A stretch of 44,114 nucleotides of DNA from a virus, in the IMG/VR virus record IMGVR_UViG_3300045988_076953; one strand, given 5' to 3'. Below the pieces are notes generated by a model. That model searched no databases, had not been told where the DNA came from, and saw only the letters and a list, made by a program, of their open reading frames with translations. Of this stretch, positions 7,401-14,562 are shown piece after piece (position 1 is the stretch's first letter; each line of letters begins with the position of its first letter). The translations under genes and the position numbers were made by a program.

Positions 7401-10400
7401 GCCGCTTTACGGCAGCCGCCAGCTTGCGGCTCAGTACATCTTCGGCAGAGGGCTGGTTCGCCTCATCCTGCGTTTTTTCTGTCCGCTTGCCGCGTTTTGT
7501 CGCATTGCTGGGCTGTGCATCCGTGTCTGTGGCCTGCTGCTGCACAGCTTCAATGGCTTTCTGCACCGCGTCATTGGCTTTTTGCGTGGCCGTATCCTCT
7601 GCGTTTGCAACGGCCGTCTCCACATCGCCCTTGTATTGGTCGAACTTTCGCTTGTTTTTGCCATTTGCTACACGGTCAACGGCGGTCTTGATGCTCTTCT
7701 GCGACTGCATCACGGCGGTTTCCGGAGTGGTAAACTCCTGCGTCATTTGCAGTGCTTGCGCATTCATGGTGTTGGATTCACTAATGCGCTGAGTAAACTT
7801 CATCTTTTGGGCAAGAGCCTGCTTATATGCGTCTCCGCTCTTGTCCATGTCGCCCAAAGCCAAATCCCACTCGCGCAGCACGCTTCCGGCCAGCGCGGTG
7901 TCATCTGCGTCCCACTGCTCTTTGCTGGTCAAGCGGGACACGATCTCGTCACGGCTTTCGGTCTCCATGCTGTTGGCCGCAATTTTCATGCGGTCTGCGT
8001 TGCTCACACGCTCGTGGGTAAACTTTTGCTCGCCGCCTTGATCTCTCTGCACAAGAGGTTGCAGGTAATCATTATCGGTGTCGCGCGTCATATGGCTCTG
8101 GCTGGCAACTTCGGGCCGGTCAAATTGCCGTTGGGCCGCGCCTACCGTGTTGGGATGGTCAGCCAATGTGGGGATAGGCTCTTGCACACTCTGGTTTGCG
8201 GTGGGCATGAGTTCAGGAATGCTGCCGCTTTCGGCGGGGGTGGTGAGCAGACTGTCGCGGTATGCCAGCGCCTCGTCGTAGTCGTCGAATACGGGAAGGT
8301 TGGCAAGCTCTACATCGGTCTGCATATGGAAGCCGCCGTCAGCTTCGTCCATACGTAATCGTCTCGCAATGTCTTGCGCCGTTACGCCGTCGAGCAGCTT
8401 CATCACATAAACATCTTTCGCGCCGTATGTCCAGCCGTCTTCCACCGCTCCCGCATTGAACGGGATACGGGCGACTGCCTCGAAGCCTCGGCCGTTGTAT
8501 GTATGTACTAACTCGTCGCCGTAGCAGTCCAGTTTGCGCCCGCCGTTTTCCACGGCAGTAATCAAAAGGGAGGTTGCCGCCTGCTTCGCCTTACTTTGCG
8601 GGTTCTTGAACACCGCTTCAATGTCTCCGTCCGCCGTCACCAGCGCACCGGCCATATTGTCTGCGTTCATAAAAGTGATGGTCCCGGGCTGGTTCAGCTC
8701 TTCGACGGTTTTCGGGCTCACCATGAGGCCATGGGGATTCTTCTGTCGGGCCTCTTCCAACGCAGTCGAAAAGAGCTGAGGGTCACTCGATGTGTCTCTC
8801 AGCTCAAGGGGGGTGGCCCCGCTCTGTTCGATGGCTGCCTGCGTTCCCGGAGATACCGTCAAAAATCCACGTAGTACTTGACTTCCTCTAGTGGTGTCCC
8901 GCTCGCCCACAAGGCCCTCGCCAGATTGCGCTCTCCCCCCGTTTTCAGGGTTGCGTAATAATTCTGGAATTCTTTCTCGTCCTTCTCCGTTCGGTTCCGC
9001 AATACTTCCGCTTTCGCTTCTCGTTCCGTCATAGCTCGCACCTCCTGTGTAGGTCTCATTGGTTCCATCATATCCTGTGTTGGCTGTACTGTCAATGGAA
9101 TGCAGGTACGGAATTTCATTCTGCGCACCTGTCCTCAGTGCGTTCCGCGTCTCGCTGCTAGTGTCCGGCAGCTTCACGCCCGTGGCCTCTTCAAACGCTT
9201 GCCGCAGTTCGCCGCCGGGCTTCAGCTGGTCAATCTGCTTGTTTGTCAACGTGCCGTTGCGGTATGCATCCACAATCACGTCAATGGCCGTTTTCGGGGT
9301 TGCATTGGGTGTTACCACGCCAAGCTCCGGAATGCTTTCCTGCGTGGCCTCTAGCGGCTGCTGTGCGACGGTTTCAGGACTGGGTGATACAGATTCAGGT
9401 TCGGGGAATACGGAGGTTTCAGGGGCGGGCGATACCGGTTCTGCCTGCTGCACATCCGTGTCCACAGGGGCATTCTCTTGCGCTTCACGCAAGCGATTCA
9501 CGCCGCTGCCAATGAGAGAGCTTCCGGCCGCACTGATTGCGCCGCCCAGTGCGCCGCCAAGCGCCTGCTGCCCAAGTTCGGCAAGGCTGAAGTTTGCATC
9601 CGGGTCTCCGGCCAAAACGTCGAGGCCGTAGTCTGCTGCATACTCAGAGGCTTCCTGCCCGCCTTCGCTCAGTGCTTGCCGGGCCATAGCGCGGACAATG
9701 CCGGGGCCATTTCCGGCCATGAGTTCTGCGCCCTGCTCAAGGGGCAGCTTGTTGGTAATGGCGGACACTACGCCGCTCAGGCCACTGCGCAGCACAGCCT
9801 GATTCAAAGGTACGCCGCGCTGTTCCAGCTCGTTCTCCCGGTTGCCTGCCGCGCTTGCGCCCATGAGGGCGGGAATCAAAACGGGGGCAGCTTCTGGCAC
9901 GGCCGCCGCTGCTGCAAAGGCAGGAAGGTTCTGCGCGACACTTCCGATTGTACCCACCAAAAACCGGCCGGTGTTGCCAAGGCCCGCCTGTGCTTTCTGG
10001 TTCTGGTTCTGGGCAAAGTCCAGCATATTGCTCACAACTTGATTGCGCTCGGGGGTTACTTGATTTTCAGCCCGCACACCCTTTGCGCTTGCAATGCGGT
10101 CAAGCACCTGCTGGAATTCCGGGGTGGCAACGGGGCCGTTTGGCGTGTCGGTGTAGGCCCGGCCCATCTGAATCAGAGCGTCCCGCTGCTCGTTGGCGGC
10201 TTGCAGATCATCGGATGCTGCCTCATACTCCGGGATGTCCATACTTGCAGACTGGCCACGGATTGCGCGGGCCGTGGCATCGCCCATGTTCGCCAAGCCA
10301 GCAGCAAAGCCGGAGACTGCACCAAGTCCGGTTGCGCCTGCACGGCCAGCAAAAGAGTCCACGCCCAACGCGGTTGCATAGGTGTCATGCTGGTTTTGCA

Positions 10401-11229
10401 GTTGCCGGTATTCTCGGGTTTTGGTCTTTCCCTGCTTTTGCAGCTCCCGCATCCGCTGGTTTGTTGCGGTCAGACGTGCATCCAGCTCCTGTGTCGTGAA
10501 GTTCTGTTTTGCGACAGAGGCCCTGGATTTGGTTCTGGATTTTTGTTTTGCTGCCGTCGCTTGCGGGGTTTGGACTCCGCCTAGATCCACGCTGTCCTCA
10601 GCCGATACGCCACCACGCGCCTTCTGCATCTGCTTATAGGCGGAAGCGCCTTTTGCCAAACCTTTCACGCCAGCGGCAACCCGTTGCGAAAAGCTTTTCT
10701 TTGTGGCACTGCCTTTCCTTTCAGGTGCGAAGGTTCTGCTTGCGGCGGTAAGGCTGGAAATGCCGGCAGTGTCTCCGACGTTCTCCTTGATGCGCTCGCG
10801 GGTGTTCGCATCTTGGGTTTCTTTTCTTTCTTGCAGGGCCACCCGCGTTTTGGCCATTTCTTCCAGCTCTGAATCCAGTGCTTTAAGCTCTTCCTTCTTC
10901 AGCTTCTTGCTCTTTGTGGTGGAAGAGGATGCTTTTTTCGCCGCACTTGCGGCTGCCCTTGCTTCTTTTTCTGCTGCCGCCTGGGCTGCCTTCGCTTCCT
11001 TCTCGCGCTGTGCTTCAACGGCTGCCAGCTGCTTTGTGTAGGCCGATGTAAAGCTGCTGGCGATGTCTCCATAGTCGGGCAGAGTTGTGGGCGCAGCGTT
11101 CATGGCTTGCTGGCCGGTGTACCGGGCGCTGCTCATGCCCGTTTTGCCGCTGTTTATGGCGTTCTGCTGGGCTTGTGCATAGTTTTTAAGGTAGGCGTTT
11201 AGAAACGCTTCCTGGTCAGAATAGGGCAT
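4495..11229 (-). CDS. Giant 2244-aa multidomain protein (candidate virion-internal/ejection or polyvalent protein)
   Basis: Uninterrupted ORF with RBS AAGGAGG. N-terminal Ala/Lys/Glu coiled-coil. Gly/Ala-rich hydrophobic segments (about nt 9840-9970). Pro/Glu linker (about 9360-9480). An alpha/beta domain TITFMNADNMAGALVTADGDIEAVFKN...GGRKLDCYG (about nt 8290-8830). Long helical and C-terminal regions. Confidence 0.85.
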   Translation of the reverse strand: MPYSDQEAFLNAYLKNYAQAQQNAINSGKTGMSSARYTGQQAMNAAPTTLPDYGDIASSFTSAYTKQLAAVEAQREKEAKAAQAAAEKEARAAASAAKKASSSTTKSKKLKKEELKALDSELEEMAKTRVALQERKETQDANTRERIKENVGDTAGISSLTAASRTFAPERKGSATKKSFSQRVAAGVKGLAKGASAYKQMQKARGGVSAEDSVDLGGVQTPQATAAKQKSRTKSRASVAKQNFTTQELDARLTATNQRMRELQKQGKTKTREYRQLQNQHDTYATALGVDSFAGRAGATGLGAVSGFAAGLANMGDATARAIRGQSASMDIPEYEAASDDLQAANEQRDALIQMGRAYTDTPNGPVATPEFQQVLDRIASAKGVRAENQVTPERNQVVSNMLDFAQNQNQKAQAGLGNTGRFLVGTIGSVAQNLPAFAAAAAVPEAAPVLIPALMGASAAGNRENELEQRGVPLNQAVLRSGLSGVVSAITNKLPLEQGAELMAGNGPGIVRAMARQALSEGGQEASEYAADYGLDVLAGDPDANFSLAELGQQALGGALGGAISAAGSSLIGSGVNRLREAQENAPVDTDVQQAEPVSPAPETSVFPEPESVSPSPETVAQQPLEATQESIPELGVVTPNATPKTAIDVIVDAYRNGTLTNKQIDQLKPGGELRQAFEEATGVKLPDTSSETRNALRTGAQNEIPYLHSIDSTANTGYDGTNETYTGGASYDGTRSESGSIAEPNGEGRERIPELLRNPENGGRAQSGEGLVGERDTTRGSQVLRGFLTVSPGTQAAIEQSGATPLELRDTSSDPQLFSTALEEARQKNPHGLMVSPKTVEELNQPGTITFMNADNMAGALVTADGDIEAVFKNPQSKAKQAATSLLITAVENGGRKLDCYGDELVHTYNGRGFEAVARIPFNAGAVEDGWTYGAKDVYVMKLLDGVTAQDIARRLRMDEADGGFHMQTDVELANLPVFDDYDEALAYRDSLLTTPAESGSIPELMPTANQSVQEPIPTLADHPNTVGAAQRQFDRPEVASQSHMTRDTDNDYLQPLVQRDQGGEQKFTHERVSNADRMKIAANSMETESRDEIVSRLTSKEQWDADDTALAGSVLREWDLALGDMDKSGDAYKQALAQKMKFTQRISESNTMNAQALQMTQEFTTPETAVMQSQKSIKTAVDRVANGKNKRKFDQYKGDVETAVANAEDTATQKANDAVQKAIEAVQQQATDTDAQPSNATKRGKRTEKTQDEANQPSAEDVLSRKLAAAVKRHVTDGKESSVEDVVQSEMLSQLTKMATSDTEKGARPQKPKLTVEEKLQTALDNQETYSHVWEAAKEALTERYKDNADMSSRLQAFFDDAGESGLYGKDTIKQLVSKYTKDQGLDFKALVKKGRGDKQSTLREIQERIQDTFDMDDTQAQRIAEMAMNEYSKALSEAADANLKAIRGGKGKTSKSTHDQFLELLRMGVYDNEDVKAYAASKFGVQPLTAEQCQQILNLAERAEQLPVNSRDRVLMESEVATIAAQNLSGSFRDAWDAWRYTSMLLSARTNEKNIGGNVSMGLNARAKDVVLASMEWMINKVAPGKVERTTAIVTPFTENGRALLAASANDADLNSYRQLSGTSERMNLARDMQQHRETFRNLASPDSNNIVTKFLSALDSLAARASAPLEVSDYEGTFGVLEGLRGINKAMDAAIDWIQDSAASGTNKGVLGVAGLKNNYAWSLAQYLKANGADASIFDATDAQSLDLLDKARAHAIQQALINTYHAESKTASAVAKFKADLRGSDNFASRVLGDIVEGQLPFVKTPINVAKQSLQYSPLGFVSTAAEGIKVARGTGDVNLMLDHAAASVTGSLLFALGGILAEKGLLTAGISDDEKDKANLEGRQEYSLQLVDDDGKLHSYTIDWANAAAIPMFAGAEYAKLAASDGASLNSVASASQQVLEPLLEMSFLQGLNDNLESLRYSEDPYIYGMAKQSLSSYATQGIPTLAGQVARSIDPVRRSTYSGTTGLESDIGYTANKIRNKIPFLSETGQPYIDAFGDTKPNTGGSFAGRLAYNMLSPGYYSETTDDPVKQGVLDLANSSGDNSVIPEVAEKKVSWTSNKERHSYQLSPQEYTDFATQSGQLRKDMAEAVLDSRYTEEQQVQLIPELYSTAGKIAALDIVPDYSVGTEEQKRIDIYNQYGIDGLMNWIAYRKYANTDGKTGINQSEARAWLNDSDMSEAMKDAFWDASSSNWKSKR

Positions 11230-11246
11230 GGAGTCCTCCTTATTTC

Positions 11247-11278
11247 AAAAAATCCCGGCCGTGTTTCAGGCCGGGCGG
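11247..11278 (-). terminator. Rho-independent terminator or attenuator immediately upstream of the giant-ORF RBS
   Basis: Minus strand: CCCGGCC-tgaaacac-GGCCGGG followed by ATTTTTTG, then AAGGAGG and ATG about 20 nt later. Confidence 0.7.
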
Positions 11279-11287
11279 AGAATGAAA

Positions 11288-12052
11288 TCAGTTGTAATAG
11301 TCCTCGTCGTCGTAACCCATCAGCTTACGCAGCCATGCGCTTACGTTGCCAGCGTTTCCGCCGCTTCCCTGCGTGATGTTTACGCTTGCAGGGGTGTTAG
11401 TGGCCACAAGGTTTGCCAGCGTGGGGGCAAGGTTGGAGAGCTGCGCAGCGTCTCCGCTGGCCCGCTGGGCTTCCAGCTGTGCAAGGTTGTTTTGGTAGGT
11501 ATTCTGCAAGCTGGCCAGTTGCTTCAAGCGCTCGGTTTCAAGCTGGTTGCGGGCGTTTCCGTAGTTGTTGTTCATGCTGGCCAGTGTGGTTTCAGAGGCT
11601 CCACCATTTAGCCCCTGAGCGCTCATCTGCTGGGGCAGGTTGCGGAGGGTCTGCATTTTGTTGATGTAAGCCTGTTTCAGCGCGTCATTGGTGGTGTCGG
11701 TCAGCTGATTTGTGGCAAAGCTGAGGTTTTCCTTCTGGGCTGCCGCTGCCTTTTGATACGCTGCTTCCCGCTGTCGCCGCTGTTCTGCCATGATAGAAGC
11801 CAATGCATCTGCATATGCGTCGGCATAGCTGGGGCCACTGGAAGCGGGTGCGGCCTGAACGGCAGGTGCAGAATAAGAGGATCGGCCAGACGAAGAACCG
11901 CCACTGCTTCCGGAGTACTGCTTTCGCACAGAGGCAGCATTCGCCGCGTTGTTGCCTACGCTCCATCCGCTGTTGTTGTACATTTTTCGAGCGCCGCCTT
12001 GTGCAGCAGCCTGCTTTTCATAGTCACCCAGGCTTACAAGCTTTCTTGCCAT
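11288..12052 (-). CDS. 254-aa Ser/Gly/Ala/Gln-rich coiled-coil protein (possible virion-internal protein)
   Basis: ORF 11288..12052. Low-complexity N-terminus and long Q/N/L-rich helical repeats. Sits just upstream of the giant ORF. Confidence 0.6.
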   Translation of the reverse strand: MARKLVSLGDYEKQAAAQGGARKMYNNSGWSVGNNAANAASVRKQYSGSSGGSSSGRSSYSAPAVQAAPASSGPSYADAYADALASIMAEQRRQREAAYQKAAAAQKENLSFATNQLTDTTNDALKQAYINKMQTLRNLPQQMSAQGLNGGASETTLASMNNNYGNARNQLETERLKQLASLQNTYQNNLAQLEAQRASGDAAQLSNLAPTLANLVATNTPASVNITQGSGGNAGNVSAWLRKLMGYDDEDYYN

Positions 12053-12070
12053 ATTCCCATCCTTTCTAGA

Positions 12071-12103
12071 TAAAAAAGCTCCAAGGATTTCTCCTCAGAG
12101 CTT
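12071..12103 (-). terminator. Rho-independent terminator
   Basis: Minus strand: AAGCTC..AGGA-gaaa-TCCT..GAGCTT followed by TTTTTA, directly after the stop of the 12108..12677 gene. Confidence 0.6.
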
Positions 12104-12107
12104 ATTG

Positions 12108-12677
12108 TCAGGAAAACGCTTCTCCGATTTCCTGCAATTTGTGTTTGTACTTTCGGTGCAACGCGGGTTGCCTGTCGAGAATCGCGGTCATATCATAATC
12201 AACTGCTTCCAAGTCAATCATCATGCCCGTTGCGGTTTTCAATTCGTTCTCCACGTCCTGTGCCATGCGTCCGATGTAGTCAGCGCACACAATGTCTCCG
12301 GTGCTGTAAAGCGCTTGTGCGTGTGCCTGCAAGCTGTTCACCGTGTTGGATTCCCAATTCACCCAGCGATTAAACAAGTCCTTTACAGCCATGCGCTTTA
12401 TGCCTGTGTCAACTTCAAGTCGGGTTCGGCCCATCCAGCTTTCCGGCAGGATCGCCGGATTGTTTGCGTGTGCGCCCGGTATCAGGCGGTTGTACCGCTC
12501 GATGTAAAACCGCACCATGTTCCGATGTTCGGCGGCCTCGTCCATGAAGCGAAACTCTTGCAGCCGCTTGTAACCGTCAAGATGCAGGAATGTGAAGCAC
12601 TGCGCCATCTGGTCGTGCAGCATAATGCCTTCGATTTGGCGGGCCGATATAGCGGAGAAGATTTCTTCCCGGGTCAT
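12108..12677 (-). CDS. Ferritin-like four-helix-bundle protein (tentative)
   Basis: ORF 12108..12677. Helix pattern with QIEG...MDEAAEHRNM (E-x-x-H)...NWES...DVENE, reminiscent of ferritin/Dps-type di-iron ligands. Confidence 0.45.
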   Translation of the reverse strand: MTREEIFSAISARQIEGIMLHDQMAQCFTFLHLDGYKRLQEFRFMDEAAEHRNMVRFYIERYNRLIPGAHANNPAILPESWMGRTRLEVDTGIKRMAVKDLFNRWVNWESNTVNSLQAHAQALYSTGDIVCADYIGRMAQDVENELKTATGMMIDLEAVDYDMTAILDRQPALHRKYKHKLQEIGEAFS

Positions 12678-12680
12678 ATC

Positions 12681-13022
12681 TCAGCCCTCCATAATCATGC
12701 GCAGCAGGGTGTCCACATCTCCACGGTGGAAGGTCATCCTGCCCAGCACCGGCACATCAACTTTCAGGCCGTTGTCGGGGATGCTCTCCCGCGCCGCCTC
12801 TGCCGCCAGATCAATATCCAGTTGCCCGTCAGCAGTCAGCCCAAACGCCTTTGCAATGGGGTTTTCTGCAAGCGAATTCATGGCGTTCCCGCTTCGCGCA
12901 ACAAACACATATTTAGCGGCATTTGCGGCAAACCGGCCCAGACTTCCTTCCGGCAGTCGGCTGATGATCTCTTGCTCCATATAGCGGTTAATGCCCCGCT
13001 GTACCATGTCCATGCTAACCAT
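12681..13022 (-). CDS. Hypothetical protein
   Basis: ORF 12681..13028. GAAGGAGG RBS with ATG at 13022 preferred. No family recognised. Confidence 0.55.
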   Translation of the reverse strand: MVSMDMVQRGINRYMEQEIISRLPEGSLGRFAANAAKYVFVARSGNAMNSLAENPIAKAFGLTADGQLDIDLAAEAARESIPDNGLKVDVPVLGRMTFHRGDVDTLLRMIMEG

Positions 13023-13076
13023 AACCATCCTCCTTCAAAGAGAATGGGGGCGAAGCATAGCCCCGCCCCCATCGGC

Positions 13077-13643
13077 TCAGTTCCCGTTGCAGCACTTGTC
13101 GCACTTGGGCAACGGGTTGTACAGGGTCTGCGCCGTGGTGCCGGTGCCGGTGGTAACGTCCGCAACCATCTTCGGATAGAAGGTGGCGTTTGCATAGGTC
13201 ACGATGGAGTTGTCACCGCAGCAGCGCCGCTCGGCTTCCAGGTTGATCTTCTCGGTCAGGCTGTCGCGCACAGCGGCAATGTCCTGCCGGGCCAGCACAA
13301 AGCTGTCCTCGGTTTTCTGGTTGTGAACAGCTTGCGCCGCCTGCACTTCCTCAATGCCGCGCAGCCGCCCGTCAATGTACTTGTACATTTCCAGCGCCTT
13401 CTGGTCGTTATAGGCATTCGCATCACGCAGCGCAATGTCGGATTCCAGCTTCGCATTTTTCTGCACAAGGTCGAGTTCGTACCGGTTGATCGTCTGGTTC
13501 TCGCTGCACTCGGCAGCACGCCCGCCGTTCAGCGCCATGGCCCCAATGCCACCTACAGAGTTCAGCACGCTAAGAATAGCTGCGCCAATGGCTGTTGCCA
13601 GGCCAGCGTTTGCCACGCCTCTGGATGCATAAGTCATTTCCAT
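13077..13643 (-). CDS. Hypothetical protein: N-terminal Gly/Ala hydrophobic segment, coiled coil, C-terminal Cys cluster
   Basis: ORF 13077..13643. GVANAGLATAIGAAILSVLNSVGGIGAMAL, then a heptad-like region, then RRCCGDN...PKCDKCCNGN. RBS AAAGGAGAA. Confidence 0.6.
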   Translation of the reverse strand: MEMTYASRGVANAGLATAIGAAILSVLNSVGGIGAMALNGGRAAECSENQTINRYELDLVQKNAKLESDIALRDANAYNDQKALEMYKYIDGRLRGIEEVQAAQAVHNQKTEDSFVLARQDIAAVRDSLTEKINLEAERRCCGDNSIVTYANATFYPKMVADVTTGTGTTAQTLYNPLPKCDKCCNGN

Positions 13644-13669
13644 ACGGTTTTCTCCTTTCGTTTGGTTCG

Positions 13670-13703
13670 TATATCAGGGGAGGCGTTTTCCTCCCCTGAT
13701 ATA
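13670..13703. promoter_or_regulatory. Perfect 14-bp inverted repeat (TATATCAGGGGAGG-cgtttt-CCTCCCCTGATATA) in the leader of the 13643 gene
   Basis: Read directly. It lies 26 nt upstream of the ATG at 13643, in a 130-nt AT-rich gap after the lysis genes. Confidence 0.8.
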
Positions 13704-13774
13704 ATCCTACACCATCTAAAAGACGTAAAACCGTACTTTTCAATTCGTATTGTTATACAATTTTTGACCAAAAG

Positions 13775-14050
13775 TTAGTGCGTGTCCATGTATGTTTCTT
13801 TCGAGCTGGTTTTGCGCGGCGGTAAAATAGCGCTGTATCTTTGCACACCATCGTACTTTTCCTTTAGCCGTGCGGTGATTTTGTCCACCTTCGCCAGAGA
13901 CATTCCAAGTTTCATGGACTGCTCAACTCTAGTCCACCCAGCAACCCGTGTCCGCATCACCGCTTCTTCGTCCTTCGACAAGATGGCGAGACGTATAAAC
14001 TCCTCAAGGATAATTTTATTCCAGGGGACCTGGTGCGACACGTCAATCAC
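13775..14050 (-). CDS. Small sigma-70 region-4 / LuxR-like HTH protein (tentative)
   Basis: ORF 13775..14050. LSKDEEAVMRTRVAGWTRVEQSMKLGMSLAKVDKITARLKEKY resembles sigma region 4. Overlaps the holin stop by 4 nt. Confidence 0.4.
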   Translation of the reverse strand: MIDVSHQVPWNKIILEEFIRLAILSKDEEAVMRTRVAGWTRVEQSMKLGMSLAKVDKITARLKEKYDGVQRYSAILPPRKTSSKETYMDTH

Positions 14051-14307
14051 TCCCCGCCAAGCAGCTGCTTAAACACCTGGTGCAGACCGGTGGACGCAAG
14101 ACCAGATGCAAGGCCCGACAAAATCACACCAGCGTCCACGGCAGGCCAGTGCATCCACACGGCCAGAATCACGCCCAGAACGGCGCACATAGTGGGGATG
14201 TACTTGTTATCAACATCCTTCACCCACGACTTGACGACGTAGCCAACGCACAGGCAGATACCCACGATGACAGGCACCATGTACTCAGAAATGAACGAAA
14301 TATCCAT
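14047..14307 (-). CDS. Holin (multi-TM small membrane protein)
   Basis: ORF 14047..14307, 86 aa, with hydrophobic segments (MVPVIVGICLCVGYVV, MCAVLGVILAVWM, VILSGLASGLASTGL). Lies downstream of the endolysin. Confidence 0.6.
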   Translation of the reverse strand: MDISFISEYMVPVIVGICLCVGYVVKSWVKDVDNKYIPTMCAVLGVILAVWMHWPAVDAGVILSGLASGLASTGLHQVFKQLLGGE

Positions 14308-14309
14308 AA

Positions 14310-14561
14310 TTATTCCTCCTCCAGCGCTTTCAGTCGCTGCTCATGCTGGGCCAGCTCCTTGTCGTGGCCGTCCAGCCGCTTGTAAAAAATCTTGTGACTT
14401 TCGCGGTTTTCGCCTTCCAGCTTGTCAAGCGCTCGCTGGAAGTTGTCAACCGCCACAGTCAGCTTTGTAATGTTGCTGTTGAGCTTGATGAGCGGGCCAC
14501 TCACAGAGCCGATAAGCCCGACAAGCACCACAACAACACCTACCACCGTCCATTCTTGCAT
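14310..14561 (-). CDS. Membrane-anchored coiled-coil protein of the lysis cassette (XhlA-like, tentative)
   Basis: ORF 14310..14561. N-terminal TM segment WTVVGVVVVLVGLIGSV, then a coiled coil. Confidence 0.45.
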   Translation of the reverse strand: MQEWTVVGVVVVLVGLIGSVSGPLIKLNSNITKLTVAVDNFQRALDKLEGENRESHKIFYKRLDGHDKELAQHEQRLKALEEE

Positions 14562-14562
14562 T

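Noticed and set aside
4786-10584. Multiple long + strand ORFs (4786..5934, 7069..8358, 9478..10584 and others) inside the giant gene
   Set aside because: All are antisense or out-of-frame shadows of the uninterrupted 2244-aa minus-strand ORF. They are Arg/Cys/Leu/His-rich, have no RBS, and overlap one another in different frames.
12105-13778. 557-aa + strand ORF spanning three minus-strand genes
   Set aside because: It runs antisense across three separately RBS-equipped minus-strand genes and an intergenic terminator. It has no RBS and a shadow-ORF composition.
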